Of a DNA stretch of 64,000 nucleotides, positions 8,835 through 18,820 are shown piece after piece. The first letter of the stretch is position 1. Every line of letters begins with the position of its first letter. The stretch lies in IMG/VR virus record IMGVR_UViG_2671180412_000004; one strand, given 5' to 3'. A model generated the notes under the pieces. The model saw only the letters and a program-made list of their open reading frames with translations, did not search any database and was not told the origin of the DNA. Origin of the DNA: an uncultured virus (IMG/VR IMGVR_UViG_2671180412_000004) (lineage: Duplodnaviria > Heunggongvirae > Uroviricota > Caudoviricetes). The position numbers were made by a program, and so were the translations under genes.

Positions 8835-10851
8835 TCTGTCTCTTGCTGGTCAACATCATGCCATCGATATCTGGCGGCGTGATACTTTTGCGCCAGGAAC
8901 GCCAGCGAATGCAACAATCACAGAGCGCCGTTTGTGGGCAGTTAACCCACAGGACTACGAATGGCGCTCACAGTTCCTTCATGAGATACCCGACTGGCTA
9001 GCCGGGTATTTTGGCAACCGTTACGAAAAGCTGTTTGCTGGTCGTGACGGCCGCCGCCGTGCCAATACATTCCTGCGCAAAACAATCGGTGAGAATGTAT
9101 TGCCACGTCTGCGGAAAGTGGCTGCGCGTTACCAGCTGGCCGCTGATGTATTCGATCTCCCTTTTGGCAAATCATTGCAGCGTTTGCCGTCGCTTGACCG
9201 TACCGATCTCAAAAAGCTGTCTGGCCAGGTCTCTGGCTGGATAGCTCAGATGTTTTATGACTTCACCGACACGCTGAAGGGTAAACCCAAAGACGAAAGG
9301 GAAATGCGCCAGCGCACGCTGGAGGCTTACCGCAAACTCTGTTCACTTTCCCTCATGCTGAACAATCAGCCGCCGTACTGGGCAGAGCACGAAGCCAATG
9401 ATGGCCACCTGGAAACCCGAAAGGCGGAGTCCGGGATTTTGCGTCTCATGGCACCGGAATGGTGGTATCAGCGTCTGAAGCGTGCCCGTGATCTTCAACG
9501 TGAGCACCTGGCCATCGCCGTTGGCCAGGTGCAGAAATCTGCAAGCGCTTACGTATCGCGCAAAACCCTGGGCGAATGGATAGACCAGAAAAAGCGCAAT
9601 CTGGAATTTTTCAAGAAGTTTGATCTGATGGACGATGAGGGCAACCGCATTGCGCTGGACAGTATGGTTCATCGCAGTGTGGCTAATCCTGCGATCCGTC
9701 GCTGTGAACTGATGGTTCGAATGAGAGGATTTGAAGATATGGCAAATGAAGAAGGGCTGGCTGGTGAGTTTTACACAATCACCGCGCCATCACGTTATCA
9801 CGCGGTACACAGTAAGGGCGGCTTTGTGTCTCAGTGGAATGGCTTAAACCCACGGGACACGCAGCGTTATTTATGCAACGTCTGGGCAAAAGCACGTGCG
9901 GCGATCTCCCGTGCCGGTATTCATGTTTTTGGTTTTCGCGTGGTGGAACCGCACCACGACGGAACACCGCATTGGCATATGTTGCTGTTTATGCGACCGC
10001 ATGACGTTGAGACGGTGCGCGATATTCTTTGCTATCACGCCAGGATTGCCGATTCAGAAGAGCTTCAGACATCCAACGCGCTTAAGGCGCGTTTTCACGT
10101 TGAGCCTATCGATCCCGCTAAAGGTTCGGCAACGGGTTATATCGCTAAGTACATCTCAAAAAATATCGACGGCTTTGCGCTCGATGGCCAGCAGGATGAA
10201 GAAACCGGGGAAAACCTGCGCGATATGGCCAAATCCGTATCGGCCTGGGCATCCCGCTGGCGGATTCGCCAGTTTCAGCAAATTGGTGGTGCGCCTGTGA
10301 CTGTATGGCGTGAGTTGCGCCGCCTGGGTGATCAACGCCTGACTGACAGCCGTATGGATGCGGTGCTGGCGGCGGCTGATGTCGGGGACTGGGCGGCCTA
10401 TACCCAGTTGCAGGGTGGCGCACTGGTTGCACGTCGCGATCTGGTTGTACGTCTGGCCTATGAAATCACTGAACAGGGTAACGAGTACGCAGAAGATGTT
10501 CAGCGTGTGCAGGGTATCTATTCGCCTTTGATCCCTGATTCCGAAGTTTGCACCCGTCTGGTTAAGTGGCAGAAGGTTGCGAAGTTGGCCGAAGCGCCAG
10601 CGGAGGCGGGTTTTTCTGGCGGCAGCGCCGCCCCTTGGAGTTCTGTCAATAACTGTACGGAGGGAGGAACCCGGAGACGGTTAAAGCTGGAATTGAACCA
10701 GCGAGGTTTTGCCGGAACGGATGAAGAAATCGACATTCTGAAGCGGGGAGGCGGCCTCAAATTTGGCCGTTCAGCCCTGATTTACCGTAAAGGGCGGTTG
10801 CAAGAGAAGCGGAACAGTCCGGAAAACGAACAATGGCCAGGCTGGCAGTAA
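8827..10851 (+). CDS. A: Rolling-circle replication initiator (P2 gpA family)
   Basis: TITAPSRYH, VEPHHDGTPHWH (HUH) and GYIAKYISKNIDG (two Tyr); start uncertain (8803 or 8827). Confidence 0.95.
   Translation: MTDLSLAGQHHAIDIWRRDTFAPGTPANATITERRLWAVNPQDYEWRSQFLHEIPDWLAGYFGNRYEKLFAGRDGRRRANTFLRKTIGENVLPRLRKVAARYQLAADVFDLPFGKSLQRLPSLDRTDLKKLSGQVSGWIAQMFYDFTDTLKGKPKDEREMRQRTLEAYRKLCSLSLMLNNQPPYWAEHEANDGHLETRKAESGILRLMAPEWWYQRLKRARDLQREHLAIAVGQVQKSASAYVSRKTLGEWIDQKKRNLEFFKKFDLMDDEGNRIALDSMVHRSVANPAIRRCELMVRMRGFEDMANEEGLAGEFYTITAPSRYHAVHSKGGFVSQWNGLNPRDTQRYLCNVWAKARAAISRAGIHVFGFRVVEPHHDGTPHWHMLLFMRPHDVETVRDILCYHARIADSEELQTSNALKARFHVEPIDPAKGSATGYIAKYISKNIDGFALDGQQDEETGENLRDMAKSVSAWASRWRIRQFQQIGGAPVTVWRELRRLGDQRLTDSRMDAVLAAADVGDWAAYTQLQGGALVARRDLVVRLAYEITEQGNEYAEDVQRVQGIYSPLIPDSEVCTRLVKWQKVAKLAEAPAEAGFSGGSAAPWSSVNNCTEGGTRRRLKLELNQRGFAGTDEEIDILKRGGGLKFGRSALIYRKGRLQEKRNSPENEQWPGWQ
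10627..10659 (+). other. Replication origin (gpA nick site) of prophage 1
   Basis: gccgccccttggagttctgtcaataactgtacg resembles P2 ori inside gene A; near-identical copy at 41718-41750. Confidence 0.8.
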
Positions 10852-10932
10852 TGGTATGTAAGTACGTGATAAGTAATGCGTAAATTTTCATTTGCGCTAA
10901 TTATCATTTCACATATTGTGCGTTTAGGTATA

Positions 10933-10948
10933 CTGTATGCTTATACAG
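10933..10948. promoter_or_regulatory. LexA (SOS) box
   Basis: CTGTATGCTTATACAG fits CTG-N10-CAG; upstream of the tum-like gene. Confidence 0.85.
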
Positions 10949-10972
10949 TGTTTTATTTTGTGGGAGGGCTGC

Positions 10973-11179
10973 ATGGATATCTTAGAGGCATCAGCAAAGC
11001 TGGAGCGCATCGAATTACTGGCGAAAATTGCCCATGTAAGTGAGATAAGCACGAAGGAAAAAACTATTGCCTTAACCTGGATCGGCGAGATTGCCGAAGA
11101 AATGCGTAGCGTTGTCAGGGGGGAAATAAAAAACCCCCAGAGCGGGGGTTTTTCAGGCGGCGGGCGCAGCCTTCAATAA
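10973..11179 (+). CDS. Tum-like SOS antirepressor
   Basis: KLERIELLAKIA...EKTIALTWIGEI aligns with 43199-43387; behind a LexA box, downstream of A as in 186. Confidence 0.65.
   Translation: MDILEASAKLERIELLAKIAHVSEISTKEKTIALTWIGEIAEEMRSVVRGEIKNPQSGGFSGGGRSLQ
11128..11153. terminator. Bidirectional terminator at the convergent tum-like/ogr ends
   Basis: aaaaaaccccc-agagc-gggggtttttt. Confidence 0.6.
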
Positions 11180-11422
11180 ATCAAGCGCCATTTGCTTTTG
11201 ATCGGGTGACAAGTTTTTCAGCAAGGTTTGCACCAAAGTATCACCCGTTTTAGCGCTGGGGCTGAGAGTGTGGGAAAACGACAAATTCATAACAAAAGTG
11301 TGCCCACACTCCACATCAGCACAGGCACAGTAAATATCGGCAATCTGGCGGTGTTTCCGGTTAGTCTTGCGAATTACAGCCTTAGAGCCGCACTCCGGGC
11401 ATTCAATCTTCAGGACTCTCAT
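11153..11422 (-). CDS. ogr: Ogr/Delta-like zinc-finger late activator
   Basis: CPECG...YCACADVECGHTF C4 motif. Confidence 0.9.
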   Translation of the reverse strand: MRVLKIECPECGSKAVIRKTNRKHRQIADIYCACADVECGHTFVMNLSFSHTLSPSAKTGDTLVQTLLKNLSPDQKQMALDLLKAAPAA

Positions 11423-11472
11423 ATTCCATTCTCCGGCTGTCAAATAATGCCTGGATTTTAGCCTTTTTTGCA

Positions 11473-12525
11473 TCATGCTGCACCCTTCACCGTTGTTTCT
11501 TCAGCAAAATTCAAATGCAGGTGGCGCGGAATTTCCGGATCGCTGTTGATGGCCGTCGCCAGTCGGCGCTGAATGGGCAGGACTTCATTCTTTTTGTAGG
11601 TGCGTTCAACCTTTTCCGGGTCGCCCAGTCCGGCAGTATTCTGCGGAACGATACCCGCAAGCCCGGCCGGGAAGCGGTGCGCGTTCAGAATGTCCTGGGC
11701 ACTGATGTTCTTCACGCTCGCAAATTCATCTTTGGCCGAAATATCCCCCATCTCAATAAACTTGATCGCGTCGCCGTCGCCGCCAGGGATGTTTACCAGG
11801 ATGGTGGAGAAGTTGCCGATCCCCTTGCTGTCCCGCAGCTGCTGTTCAATCTCCTCCTCCATTTCGTCCGTCATGCTGGGATCACGGGTATACAAAATGC
11901 CGCCCGTGTGTGCGCCGTTGTGGTAGTAGCGACGGCGGAAGATAACCGCCTCACTGTTCAGCAGGGCAGAGTGAACGCCGCCGATGTAGTCCGGCAGACC
12001 ATAGATGTGCTGCTGCGGGTCGTACATCTTGATGAAAATGATATCTTCAGGCGGAAACGCCAGCGGCTCGCCTTCCTGTAAAACCACATAATCCCCGGGC
12101 ACAGTCTCCGCGTTTTCTCTCTCCTTTCGTCGGCGGAGGTAAAGCCCCGGCAACGGCTGAAGCCCGATCACATCTCCCCAGCCATTACGGATTTTGGCCA
12201 CAGCGATATCACCAAACGTCAGGTAATCAAAAACAGCGGCCTCCAGCTCGTCGAACGTCAGGCCGCCGCCCTGATAGTCTGCTGTAACCATGTTTTTACG
12301 GGCGTGGATAATCCCGCCGTGCTGGCCGTTCAGGTTGATTAGCTGAGCCAGCGCCAGGCGGTCAATCGGCTGGGTGTAGTGATCGGCGGCGTTGTCATAC
12401 CAGATATCCCGGTAATCGGTTCCGGTAGTCAGTACCGGTTCTGGTTTGCCAAAGCTGATAATGCTCATTTTTTTGGACTTTTCGCCGCGCTGTTCACGCT
12501 TCACAAAACGTTTCTTTTTGCTCAT
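11473..12525 (-). CDS. Portal protein (PBSX/gpQ family)
   Basis: IYGLPDY, FRRRYYHNGAH, AHRFP motifs; homologous to 46973-48034. Confidence 0.93.
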   Translation of the reverse strand: MSKKKRFVKREQRGEKSKKMSIISFGKPEPVLTTGTDYRDIWYDNAADHYTQPIDRLALAQLINLNGQHGGIIHARKNMVTADYQGGGLTFDELEAAVFDYLTFGDIAVAKIRNGWGDVIGLQPLPGLYLRRRKERENAETVPGDYVVLQEGEPLAFPPEDIIFIKMYDPQQHIYGLPDYIGGVHSALLNSEAVIFRRRYYHNGAHTGGILYTRDPSMTDEMEEEIEQQLRDSKGIGNFSTILVNIPGGDGDAIKFIEMGDISAKDEFASVKNISAQDILNAHRFPAGLAGIVPQNTAGLGDPEKVERTYKKNEVLPIQRRLATAINSDPEIPRHLHLNFAEETTVKGAA

Positions 12526-14297
12526 GCTGCCTGTTTCCTTACACCCCAGCGGGATTTTGGTTTGTTTTCGTAGTTAAGTGGTTCGTTATGCAGGGCGTGG
12601 GTAATTGCCCAGAATGCCTCTGCGTGGCCAGTGTCCTGGCTGCGGTCTGCGACAAAGGTCATGGCGTTACCGCTCTGCGTGGTGGTACGCCGCACGGACA
12701 TAAAGCTGGCCGGGATTTCCTTCAGATTTTTGTCCCACTCGATACGCTGGCTTTCCACCACGTCCGCGGCCTTCAGTACCAGCTGGTTTTTGGTGTTCAT
12801 GTCGTAGCGAATCGGAACAACAACCTTCATGGCAAAGTGCTGGATGTTGTCAAACACCCCCTGGCCGATCCCGGTCACGTCCACGCCCAGATACGTGAAG
12901 TTGTACTGGTCAAACAGCTTTTCGATCTGCTTTGCCTGGTAGCGGAAGTTCATTCCTTTCCAGTAAATCACCTTCAGCACACGGAATTTTTCCACGGCAA
13001 ACATCGGCGGGGCGACGATGACGAAACACGACAAATCGCCGCTGCGTGCCGGGTCAAAGCCGCCCCAGACTGGCCTGTCACCAAACGGCCGTTTTGCGTC
13101 CGGGTCGTGATCCTGCCAGGTGTCCACCTCCACGCCGCACGCTTCCAGATCGGAAAAGCTGAAAACAGAATCCTTGCTGTCCACGAACACGCACATGTAA
13201 AGCATGTCGAACGTGGCGGTGTTGTAGCGGTTGCGCAGCTTCTCGATGTTGGCCAGATTGAAGCCACCCGCAATGGCATCTTCCATGGTGATGACATAGC
13301 GCCACTGGCCATCCGGACAGAGCCGGCCACCGTCCCGCATCTCATCGAACAGCGGAAATTTGATGGCCGCGCGTTTCTTGCTGCCCTGTTTCCACTCTTC
13401 ACCCGTCCAGAACGGATACGCCTGGTGTGTTTTGGCCGATGGCGTGGAAAAGTAGGTGGTGCGCCATTTGTCATGTGTGGCCATCGCACTGGCCACTTCA
13501 TTAAGTTTTGCGAAGTTGGGCACCCAAAAATATTCATCACAGTAAAGATGGCCACTGTATGACTGGGCGGTGTTTTTGTTGGTCGACAGAAAACGCAGTT
13601 CTGCGCCGTTGCTTAAGCGGATCGGGTTCCCGGTCAGCGTGATACCGAAATACTGTTCGGCAATGTTGACGATGTAAGACCGGAACACTTCCGCCTGGGC
13701 TTTGGACGCGGACAGGAAGATTTGCGGATCGCCCGTCATTACCGCGTTTTCGAACGCCTCAAACGCAAAGTACCAGGTTGCACCGATCTGGCGACTTTTC
13801 AGGATGTTCCTGACCAGCTGGCCAATGTTGCGGCGCAGGTGTTTCTGATATTCAAAAAGATGTTCGTCCGCCCAGGTGTCAAAATCTTCCTGGGTCAGAG
13901 ACGAAATATCGTTTTTCTTGTACTTGCGTTTGCCGCGCGGTTCATCCTCGCTATCCCCTCGTGCAGCTGCCTGCCGTTCCCCCTGGCTGGAGGCCAGCTT
14001 TTCTTTATGCTTATTGCTCTGGGCGCGCAGCTTTGTGGCGTGAGCAATAAGCAAATCCATCTCTTTTAAATCCAGGTCCGTTTTATTGTCGCGGGATGCT
14101 AACAGCTGGTAACGGCGCTCAATTGCCTCCTCTGTACTTTCGAAACTGAGCAGGTCAGCCCATTTATATTTCTCCGCCCAGTAGTAAACGATCCGCGCAT
14201 TCGGCAGATTTAATTCTGATGCAATTTCTTTAGGCGTATAGCGGCGCAGGTAAAGTGCGCGGACAACGCCTCTTAATTCGTCTGAGTATTTAGCCAT
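12522..14297 (-). CDS. Terminase ATPase subunit (gpP family)
   Basis: KSRQIGAT, LYCDEYFW, GFDPA motifs. Confidence 0.95.
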   Translation of the reverse strand: MAKYSDELRGVVRALYLRRYTPKEIASELNLPNARIVYYWAEKYKWADLLSFESTEEAIERRYQLLASRDNKTDLDLKEMDLLIAHATKLRAQSNKHKEKLASSQGERQAAARGDSEDEPRGKRKYKKNDISSLTQEDFDTWADEHLFEYQKHLRRNIGQLVRNILKSRQIGATWYFAFEAFENAVMTGDPQIFLSASKAQAEVFRSYIVNIAEQYFGITLTGNPIRLSNGAELRFLSTNKNTAQSYSGHLYCDEYFWVPNFAKLNEVASAMATHDKWRTTYFSTPSAKTHQAYPFWTGEEWKQGSKKRAAIKFPLFDEMRDGGRLCPDGQWRYVITMEDAIAGGFNLANIEKLRNRYNTATFDMLYMCVFVDSKDSVFSFSDLEACGVEVDTWQDHDPDAKRPFGDRPVWGGFDPARSGDLSCFVIVAPPMFAVEKFRVLKVIYWKGMNFRYQAKQIEKLFDQYNFTYLGVDVTGIGQGVFDNIQHFAMKVVVPIRYDMNTKNQLVLKAADVVESQRIEWDKNLKEIPASFMSVRRTTTQSGNAMTFVADRSQDTGHAEAFWAITHALHNEPLNYENKPKSRWGVRKQAA

Positions 14298-14351
14298 AGA
14301 TTTAATTATGCCGTGATAATGATGAAAAAACGGTGGGGTTAATTCGGGGCT

Positions 14352-14376
14352 GTTCGGTAATGGCTTATAACCGAAC
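14352..14376. promoter_or_regulatory. Palindrome between divergent late operons, candidate late-activator site
   Basis: gttcggt-N11-accgaac centred in the terminase/scaffold intergenic region. Confidence 0.45.
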
Positions 14377-14469
14377 TGTTCAGAATAAAGCGTGATGCGG
14401 GGATGCGTTTAATTAGCAATAATCAAACCCACAGCACGGTAAACAGTAAATCGACAGAGGGGGAAATAT

Positions 14470-15273
14470 GTGTCGCATTTAAAAACTGACTGGCTGTGTG
14501 TTGCCACCGAAGGGGATACGGTAGACGGAAGAGTCATTGAACGGCAATGGATTATAGATATGGGGGAAACCTATGACTTTAATCATTACGTAGCATTGCT
14601 CTGGCCTGAACACGATCATTCTGGAGCCAGTTTCGGGGAGGTGCTTGAAGCTACCTGGCGCGATGGTGATGATGGTCTTGCCCGTTTATATGTCAGCCTC
14701 TGCCCGAACATACGTCTGCTGTATGCAAATGAAGAGGGGCAGTTACTGTTCTTTTCTATTGAGCCAGAAGAGGACTGGCGGGGGACTGGTCGTTTTTACC
14801 TTAAAGGCCTGGCAGTAACGAACCGTCCGGCAAGTGTTGGCACTACACGAATGCGTTTCAGTGAGCGCAGATTATCTAAACAAGGTTATTACCGTTGTGT
14901 ATTGACCACAGAAGGCAAAATTAAGCAGGGAGAAAAAATGTCAAAGAAAAAATGGCAGTCGTATTTTGGTATTAAGCCGAAGTTTGAAGAAGAGTCCCCG
15001 TCAGAGGAAGCGCCGCAGGGAGACGATAAATTACAGGCTCTTGCAAATGCGGTGAATGAAATCGAAGGCCGCCTGGCCACGATTGAAAATACGCTACAGG
15101 AAATGCAGGGTGATGTTGATACCATTGCAGAAGTTGTAGACACGGAAGAGTTTGCAGAATTGCGTTCCAACGCAAAAGAAATCGTTAACCGCTTTAACGA
15201 TCTGGGTAGTAAAGGCGGTCAGCGCAAACAGCGTCAGGTGCCGTCCAAATCCGGGAAATTCAATTTCCTGTAA
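14470..15273 (+). CDS. Capsid scaffolding protein (gpO family)
   Basis: VATEGDTVDGR and YLKGLAVTNRPASVGT motifs. Confidence 0.9.
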   Translation: MSHLKTDWLCVATEGDTVDGRVIERQWIIDMGETYDFNHYVALLWPEHDHSGASFGEVLEATWRDGDDGLARLYVSLCPNIRLLYANEEGQLLFFSIEPEEDWRGTGRFYLKGLAVTNRPASVGTTRMRFSERRLSKQGYYRCVLTTEGKIKQGEKMSKKKWQSYFGIKPKFEEESPSEEAPQGDDKLQALANAVNEIEGRLATIENTLQEMQGDVDTIAEVVDTEEFAELRSNAKEIVNRFNDLGSKGGQRKQRQVPSKSGKFNFL

Positions 15274-15334
15274 TTTGCATAAAAGCAAAAAAGTAAAAAC
15301 AAGTTAAATAATCGCGTAAATGCGAGGGAGTTTT

Positions 15335-16357
15335 ATGCACCTTAATAACCGTGGGCGGGATTTACTGGATAAATATACGGCTGGAATGGCGCAGCAGTTC
15401 GGCGCACGTGATACCAGTCGCTATTTTTCCCTGAATGACCCGCAGGAAAATGCGCTGCGTCTGGCGCTGCTGGAGTCGGTCGAGTTCCTGGACATGCTCA
15501 CATGCCTGGACGTTGACCAGCTGAGTGGTCAGGTGATCTCTGTTGGTTCATCTGTTCTTCACACCGGGCGCAGTGAGAACGGCCGTTTTGTCCGTCAGGT
15601 AGGCGTTGACGGTAATGATTATTCGCTGGTTGAAACGGACAGCTGTGCGGCGCTGCGCTGGGATTTGCTTTCCGTCTGGGCTAATGCTGGCAAAGACGAA
15701 AACGAGTTTTACAACCTGGTTCAGGCTTTCACTACCCAGGCTTTCGCACTGGATATGCTGCGCATTGGTTTCAACGGGAAGAGCCGCGCTAAAACCACTG
15801 ACCCTACTGCTAACCCGAACGGCGAAGATGTGAACATTGGCTGGCATGAGCGTATGAAAACGCTGTTGGGTGGCAATCAGATTATGACCGATCCGGTCGT
15901 TCTGGATGAAGCGGGGGATTACAAATCGCTGGATGCGATGGCCTCCGATCTGATTAACGCCAAAATCCCGGCACAGTTCCGCAATGACCCGCGCCTGGTG
16001 GTGCTGGTAGGTGCTGACCTTGTGGCCGCTGAACAGTACCGACTGTATCAGGCCGCTGATCGCCCAACGGAGAAAATCGCGGCGCAGATGCTGGGAAGCA
16101 CTATTGCTGGCCGTCCGGCAATCATTCCGCCGTTCATGCCGGGTAAACGCATGGTGGTTACTCCGCTGAAAAACCTGCACATCTACACCCAGCGCAACAC
16201 CCGTATGCGTAAGGCTGAGTTTGTGGAGGATCGCAAACAGTTCGAAAACAAATATCTGCGCAACGAAGGCTATGCGGTTGAAGTGCCGGAGCTGTACGCG
16301 GCGATTGATGAAAATGCCGTGACCATCGGCAAGCCGTCAGAGCCAGTGGAGGGTTAA
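15335..16357 (+). CDS. Major capsid protein (P2 family)
   Basis: ALDMLRIGFNG, DVNIGW motifs; synteny. Confidence 0.93.
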   Translation: MHLNNRGRDLLDKYTAGMAQQFGARDTSRYFSLNDPQENALRLALLESVEFLDMLTCLDVDQLSGQVISVGSSVLHTGRSENGRFVRQVGVDGNDYSLVETDSCAALRWDLLSVWANAGKDENEFYNLVQAFTTQAFALDMLRIGFNGKSRAKTTDPTANPNGEDVNIGWHERMKTLLGGNQIMTDPVVLDEAGDYKSLDAMASDLINAKIPAQFRNDPRLVVLVGADLVAAEQYRLYQAADRPTEKIAAQMLGSTIAGRPAIIPPFMPGKRMVVTPLKNLHIYTQRNTRMRKAEFVEDRKQFENKYLRNEGYAVEVPELYAAIDENAVTIGKPSEPVEG

Positions 16358-16360
16358 TCA

Positions 16361-17062
16361 ATGTCTCTTTCACCCGCGCAGCGTCATAACCAGCGCATTG
16401 CGATGGAGCAAAAGCTGAAGCAAAGCCTGGCCGTTGGCACCACGGAAAGCATGCACCTGCTGATTAAGGCGCTGGAAACAGACGTGGAACAGGTGCGAAG
16501 CCTGCCGCTGATTGCGGATCGCGTTGAGCATAAGCGCAATGTTTTGCTGCCGAAATGGCTTCCGACAGTGGAAGCGTATCTGGCCAGCGGTCAGGTGTAT
16601 GCCAATCCGGTTCTGGCGTGGTGCGTGATCTGGCTGTTTGATGTGGGCGATCTGGATAAGGCGCTGGAATGGGCTGATATCGCTATTGCCCAGCAACAGG
16701 CTACACCGGAACGGCTGCGCAGCAATTTTCCAACGTTCGTGGCCGATACGATGCTGGCCTGGGCGGAGGAGTCTGCGGGGCGCGGGGAAAGCATTGAGCC
16801 GTATTTTTCACGCACGTTTGAGAACGTGGCCACCCGGTGGCGGCTGCATGAGCAGGTGACAGCGAAATGGTACAAGTTCGCCGGGTTGCAGCTGCTGCGC
16901 GGTGAGGATGGCCAGAAAACAGCTGCGGGTGTGGACGATGTGGAAACACTTCAGAAAGCCGATCAGCTGCTGGCCACCGCAGAACAGTATTACCTGAAAA
17001 TCGGCGTTAAAACGCAGCGGCAGACCATCGCCGCACGTATCCGAAAACTGACGCAGGGTTAA
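16361..17062 (+). CDS. Terminase small/endonuclease subunit (gpM family)
   Basis: LSPAQRH, IWLFDVGD, GVKT motifs; synteny. Confidence 0.85.
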   Translation: MSLSPAQRHNQRIAMEQKLKQSLAVGTTESMHLLIKALETDVEQVRSLPLIADRVEHKRNVLLPKWLPTVEAYLASGQVYANPVLAWCVIWLFDVGDLDKALEWADIAIAQQQATPERLRSNFPTFVADTMLAWAEESAGRGESIEPYFSRTFENVATRWRLHEQVTAKWYKFAGLQLLRGEDGQKTAAGVDDVETLQKADQLLATAEQYYLKIGVKTQRQTIAARIRKLTQG

Positions 17063-17160
17063 AGACTACCGCAAGCCAGGCGGGCGCGGTGGAGGGCAGA
17101 AACACGATGTGAAGCTGCGCCGTGGAAACCGGACAGCCCGCCTATTTTTTCGGGGGAGCC

Positions 17161-17613
17161 ATGTTTAGTGGAAAGCCGCTTGATTATCAGGACGAGCCGC
17201 TAAAAAACGAAGGATTCTGGCCAGACCTGAACCTGAAGGATTTTCAGGCACAGCGAGCGATCCCGGCTTATGTTGAGGCGGACACCGTTGCCCAGGCGCT
17301 GCTGGCGGCCGTGGCGGAGGTGAATGCGGAGCTGGAAAAAGTGGAAGCCAGCTGGAAGGCAAAAGGGGTTCTGAGCGCAGGGGACGCGCCGGGGGCACGG
17401 ATGGGGGAGTTAAACGCCCTCTGTGCGCAGTACATGAAGGCGGTTTTTGCCAGGGCAAAAGCGGATCTGTTGGGGGAGTTTGCCACCGTTGGGCGGCGTG
17501 ATTCTCACCCCGGCCAGGAAAGCACGGAAACCCGCGCCGGGTTACTGGCAGAGGCATCTGTTGTGATCCGCCGCATGAAGGGGCTGAAAAGGGCAACGGT
17601 GAAGAAAGTATGA
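17161..17613 (+). CDS. Head completion protein (gpL family)
   Basis: NEGFWPDL, AVAEVNAEL, AVFARAKA motifs. Confidence 0.85.
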   Translation: MFSGKPLDYQDEPLKNEGFWPDLNLKDFQAQRAIPAYVEADTVAQALLAAVAEVNAELEKVEASWKAKGVLSAGDAPGARMGELNALCAQYMKAVFARAKADLLGEFATVGRRDSHPGQESTETRAGLLAEASVVIRRMKGLKRATVKKV

Positions 17614-18116
17614 GCCAGACACAGCTTGAAAACCTGACTGCGTTCTTTACCAGCAACGTGCCAGCCCGTGCGATGCAGTCGTTTAACAGCGTGGTGGATG
17701 AAATGGAGTTCGTACCGGCTGCAAAGGATATGGGGCTGGGGCAGTACCGCCAGGCGGTAATTCGTTATGACGCGGTACTGAGCTGGGAGCGTTTCCCGTA
17801 TCGCCTGTGTCCGCCGCAGCTGCTTATGTCGCTGATGGCTGCCTGGCTCGATGAGGCAGACCGGGAGTTACTGGACGACATCGGGGTAACAGAGGCCGAT
17901 CCGCAGTGGGATGTGTCGGTGGCCGATGAAGAAACTGCCGATATCGTCCTGACGGTTCCCATGGCGGAAGAGCTGGTGATCCGGGAGGACGAAAAGGGAT
18001 TGATCCCCTGGCAGGGCAAGCGCTGGTCACTGGTTGAACCGGAAATCTGGACGGCGCTGACCGCAACGATTTACGGCGTGGATGAATCCGGTGCGCCTGT
18101 GGGCGATGCGTCGTGA
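17610..18116 (+). CDS. Tail completion protein (gpR-like)
   Basis: Synteny and coupled ORF. Confidence 0.65.
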   Translation: MSQTQLENLTAFFTSNVPARAMQSFNSVVDEMEFVPAAKDMGLGQYRQAVIRYDAVLSWERFPYRLCPPQLLMSLMAAWLDEADRELLDDIGVTEADPQWDVSVADEETADIVLTVPMAEELVIREDEKGLIPWQGKRWSLVEPEIWTALTATIYGVDESGAPVGDAS

Positions 18117-18820
18117 TAGCCGGGGGCGAACTTAACAAGCGCCAGCTGGCGGAGCTGAAAAAGGCGCTGGCCAGCATGGAGCTGCCGCCCAAAAAACGGC
18201 AGCGGCTGCTGTGGCGAATGGCGAAATACGGCGTGATTGCCGCCGCCAAACGCAACGTGCGGAACCAGGAAACGCCGGACGGGGAAGGCTGGGAAGGGCG
18301 CAAAACGAAGCGCAAAGGCAAGATGCTGCGCAGCATGCCGAAACTGCTGCATATCCGGGAGATGCCTGAAATTCAGGCCGTGCGGATTTACTTGCAGGGT
18401 GGCGGCTACCGGAACGGGGAAACGCCTGTCCCCGCTGGCACGGTGGGCTATTCGCATCAAAATGGCATGCGCGTCCGGGTGAGTCGCGCCAGCCAGCCAG
18501 GGAAGGCACAGGCGGGAAAAATGGCCACCGCTGCGCAGGGAAAGAAGCTGCGTGCGCTGGGCTACCGGGTGCGCCGGGGTAAGCGCTGGAAAAAGCCCAC
18601 TATCCGGGAAATAACCAGCGAAATGCCATACGCACAGGCGGGTTTACTTATCCGCAAACTGAGCGGCAAGGCCGTGAAAACGAGCTGGACTATCGATCTC
18701 CCTTCCCGCGTATTCTTGGGAATGGGTGATGAAGACTTTAACAAGGCGCTGGCACGCCAGCTTCAGGCCATTGGCTTTGGCTGGGATGTAAATGCGCAGG
18801 ATATCAGGGGGAGAACATGA
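18113..18820 (+). CDS. Virion morphogenesis / tail completion protein (gpS-like)
   Basis: NQETPDGEGWEGRK and LPSRVFLG motifs. Confidence 0.75.
   Translation: MIAGGELNKRQLAELKKALASMELPPKKRQRLLWRMAKYGVIAAAKRNVRNQETPDGEGWEGRKTKRKGKMLRSMPKLLHIREMPEIQAVRIYLQGGGYRNGETPVPAGTVGYSHQNGMRVRVSRASQPGKAQAGKMATAAQGKKLRALGYRVRRGKRWKKPTIREITSEMPYAQAGLLIRKLSGKAVKTSWTIDLPSRVFLGMGDEDFNKALARQLQAIGFGWDVNAQDIRGRT

Noticed and set aside
12588..13562. Long antisense ORFs over structural genes (also 57915-58799, 61570-62154 and others)
   Set aside because: Shadow frames of GC-rich coding genes with no recognisable motifs.
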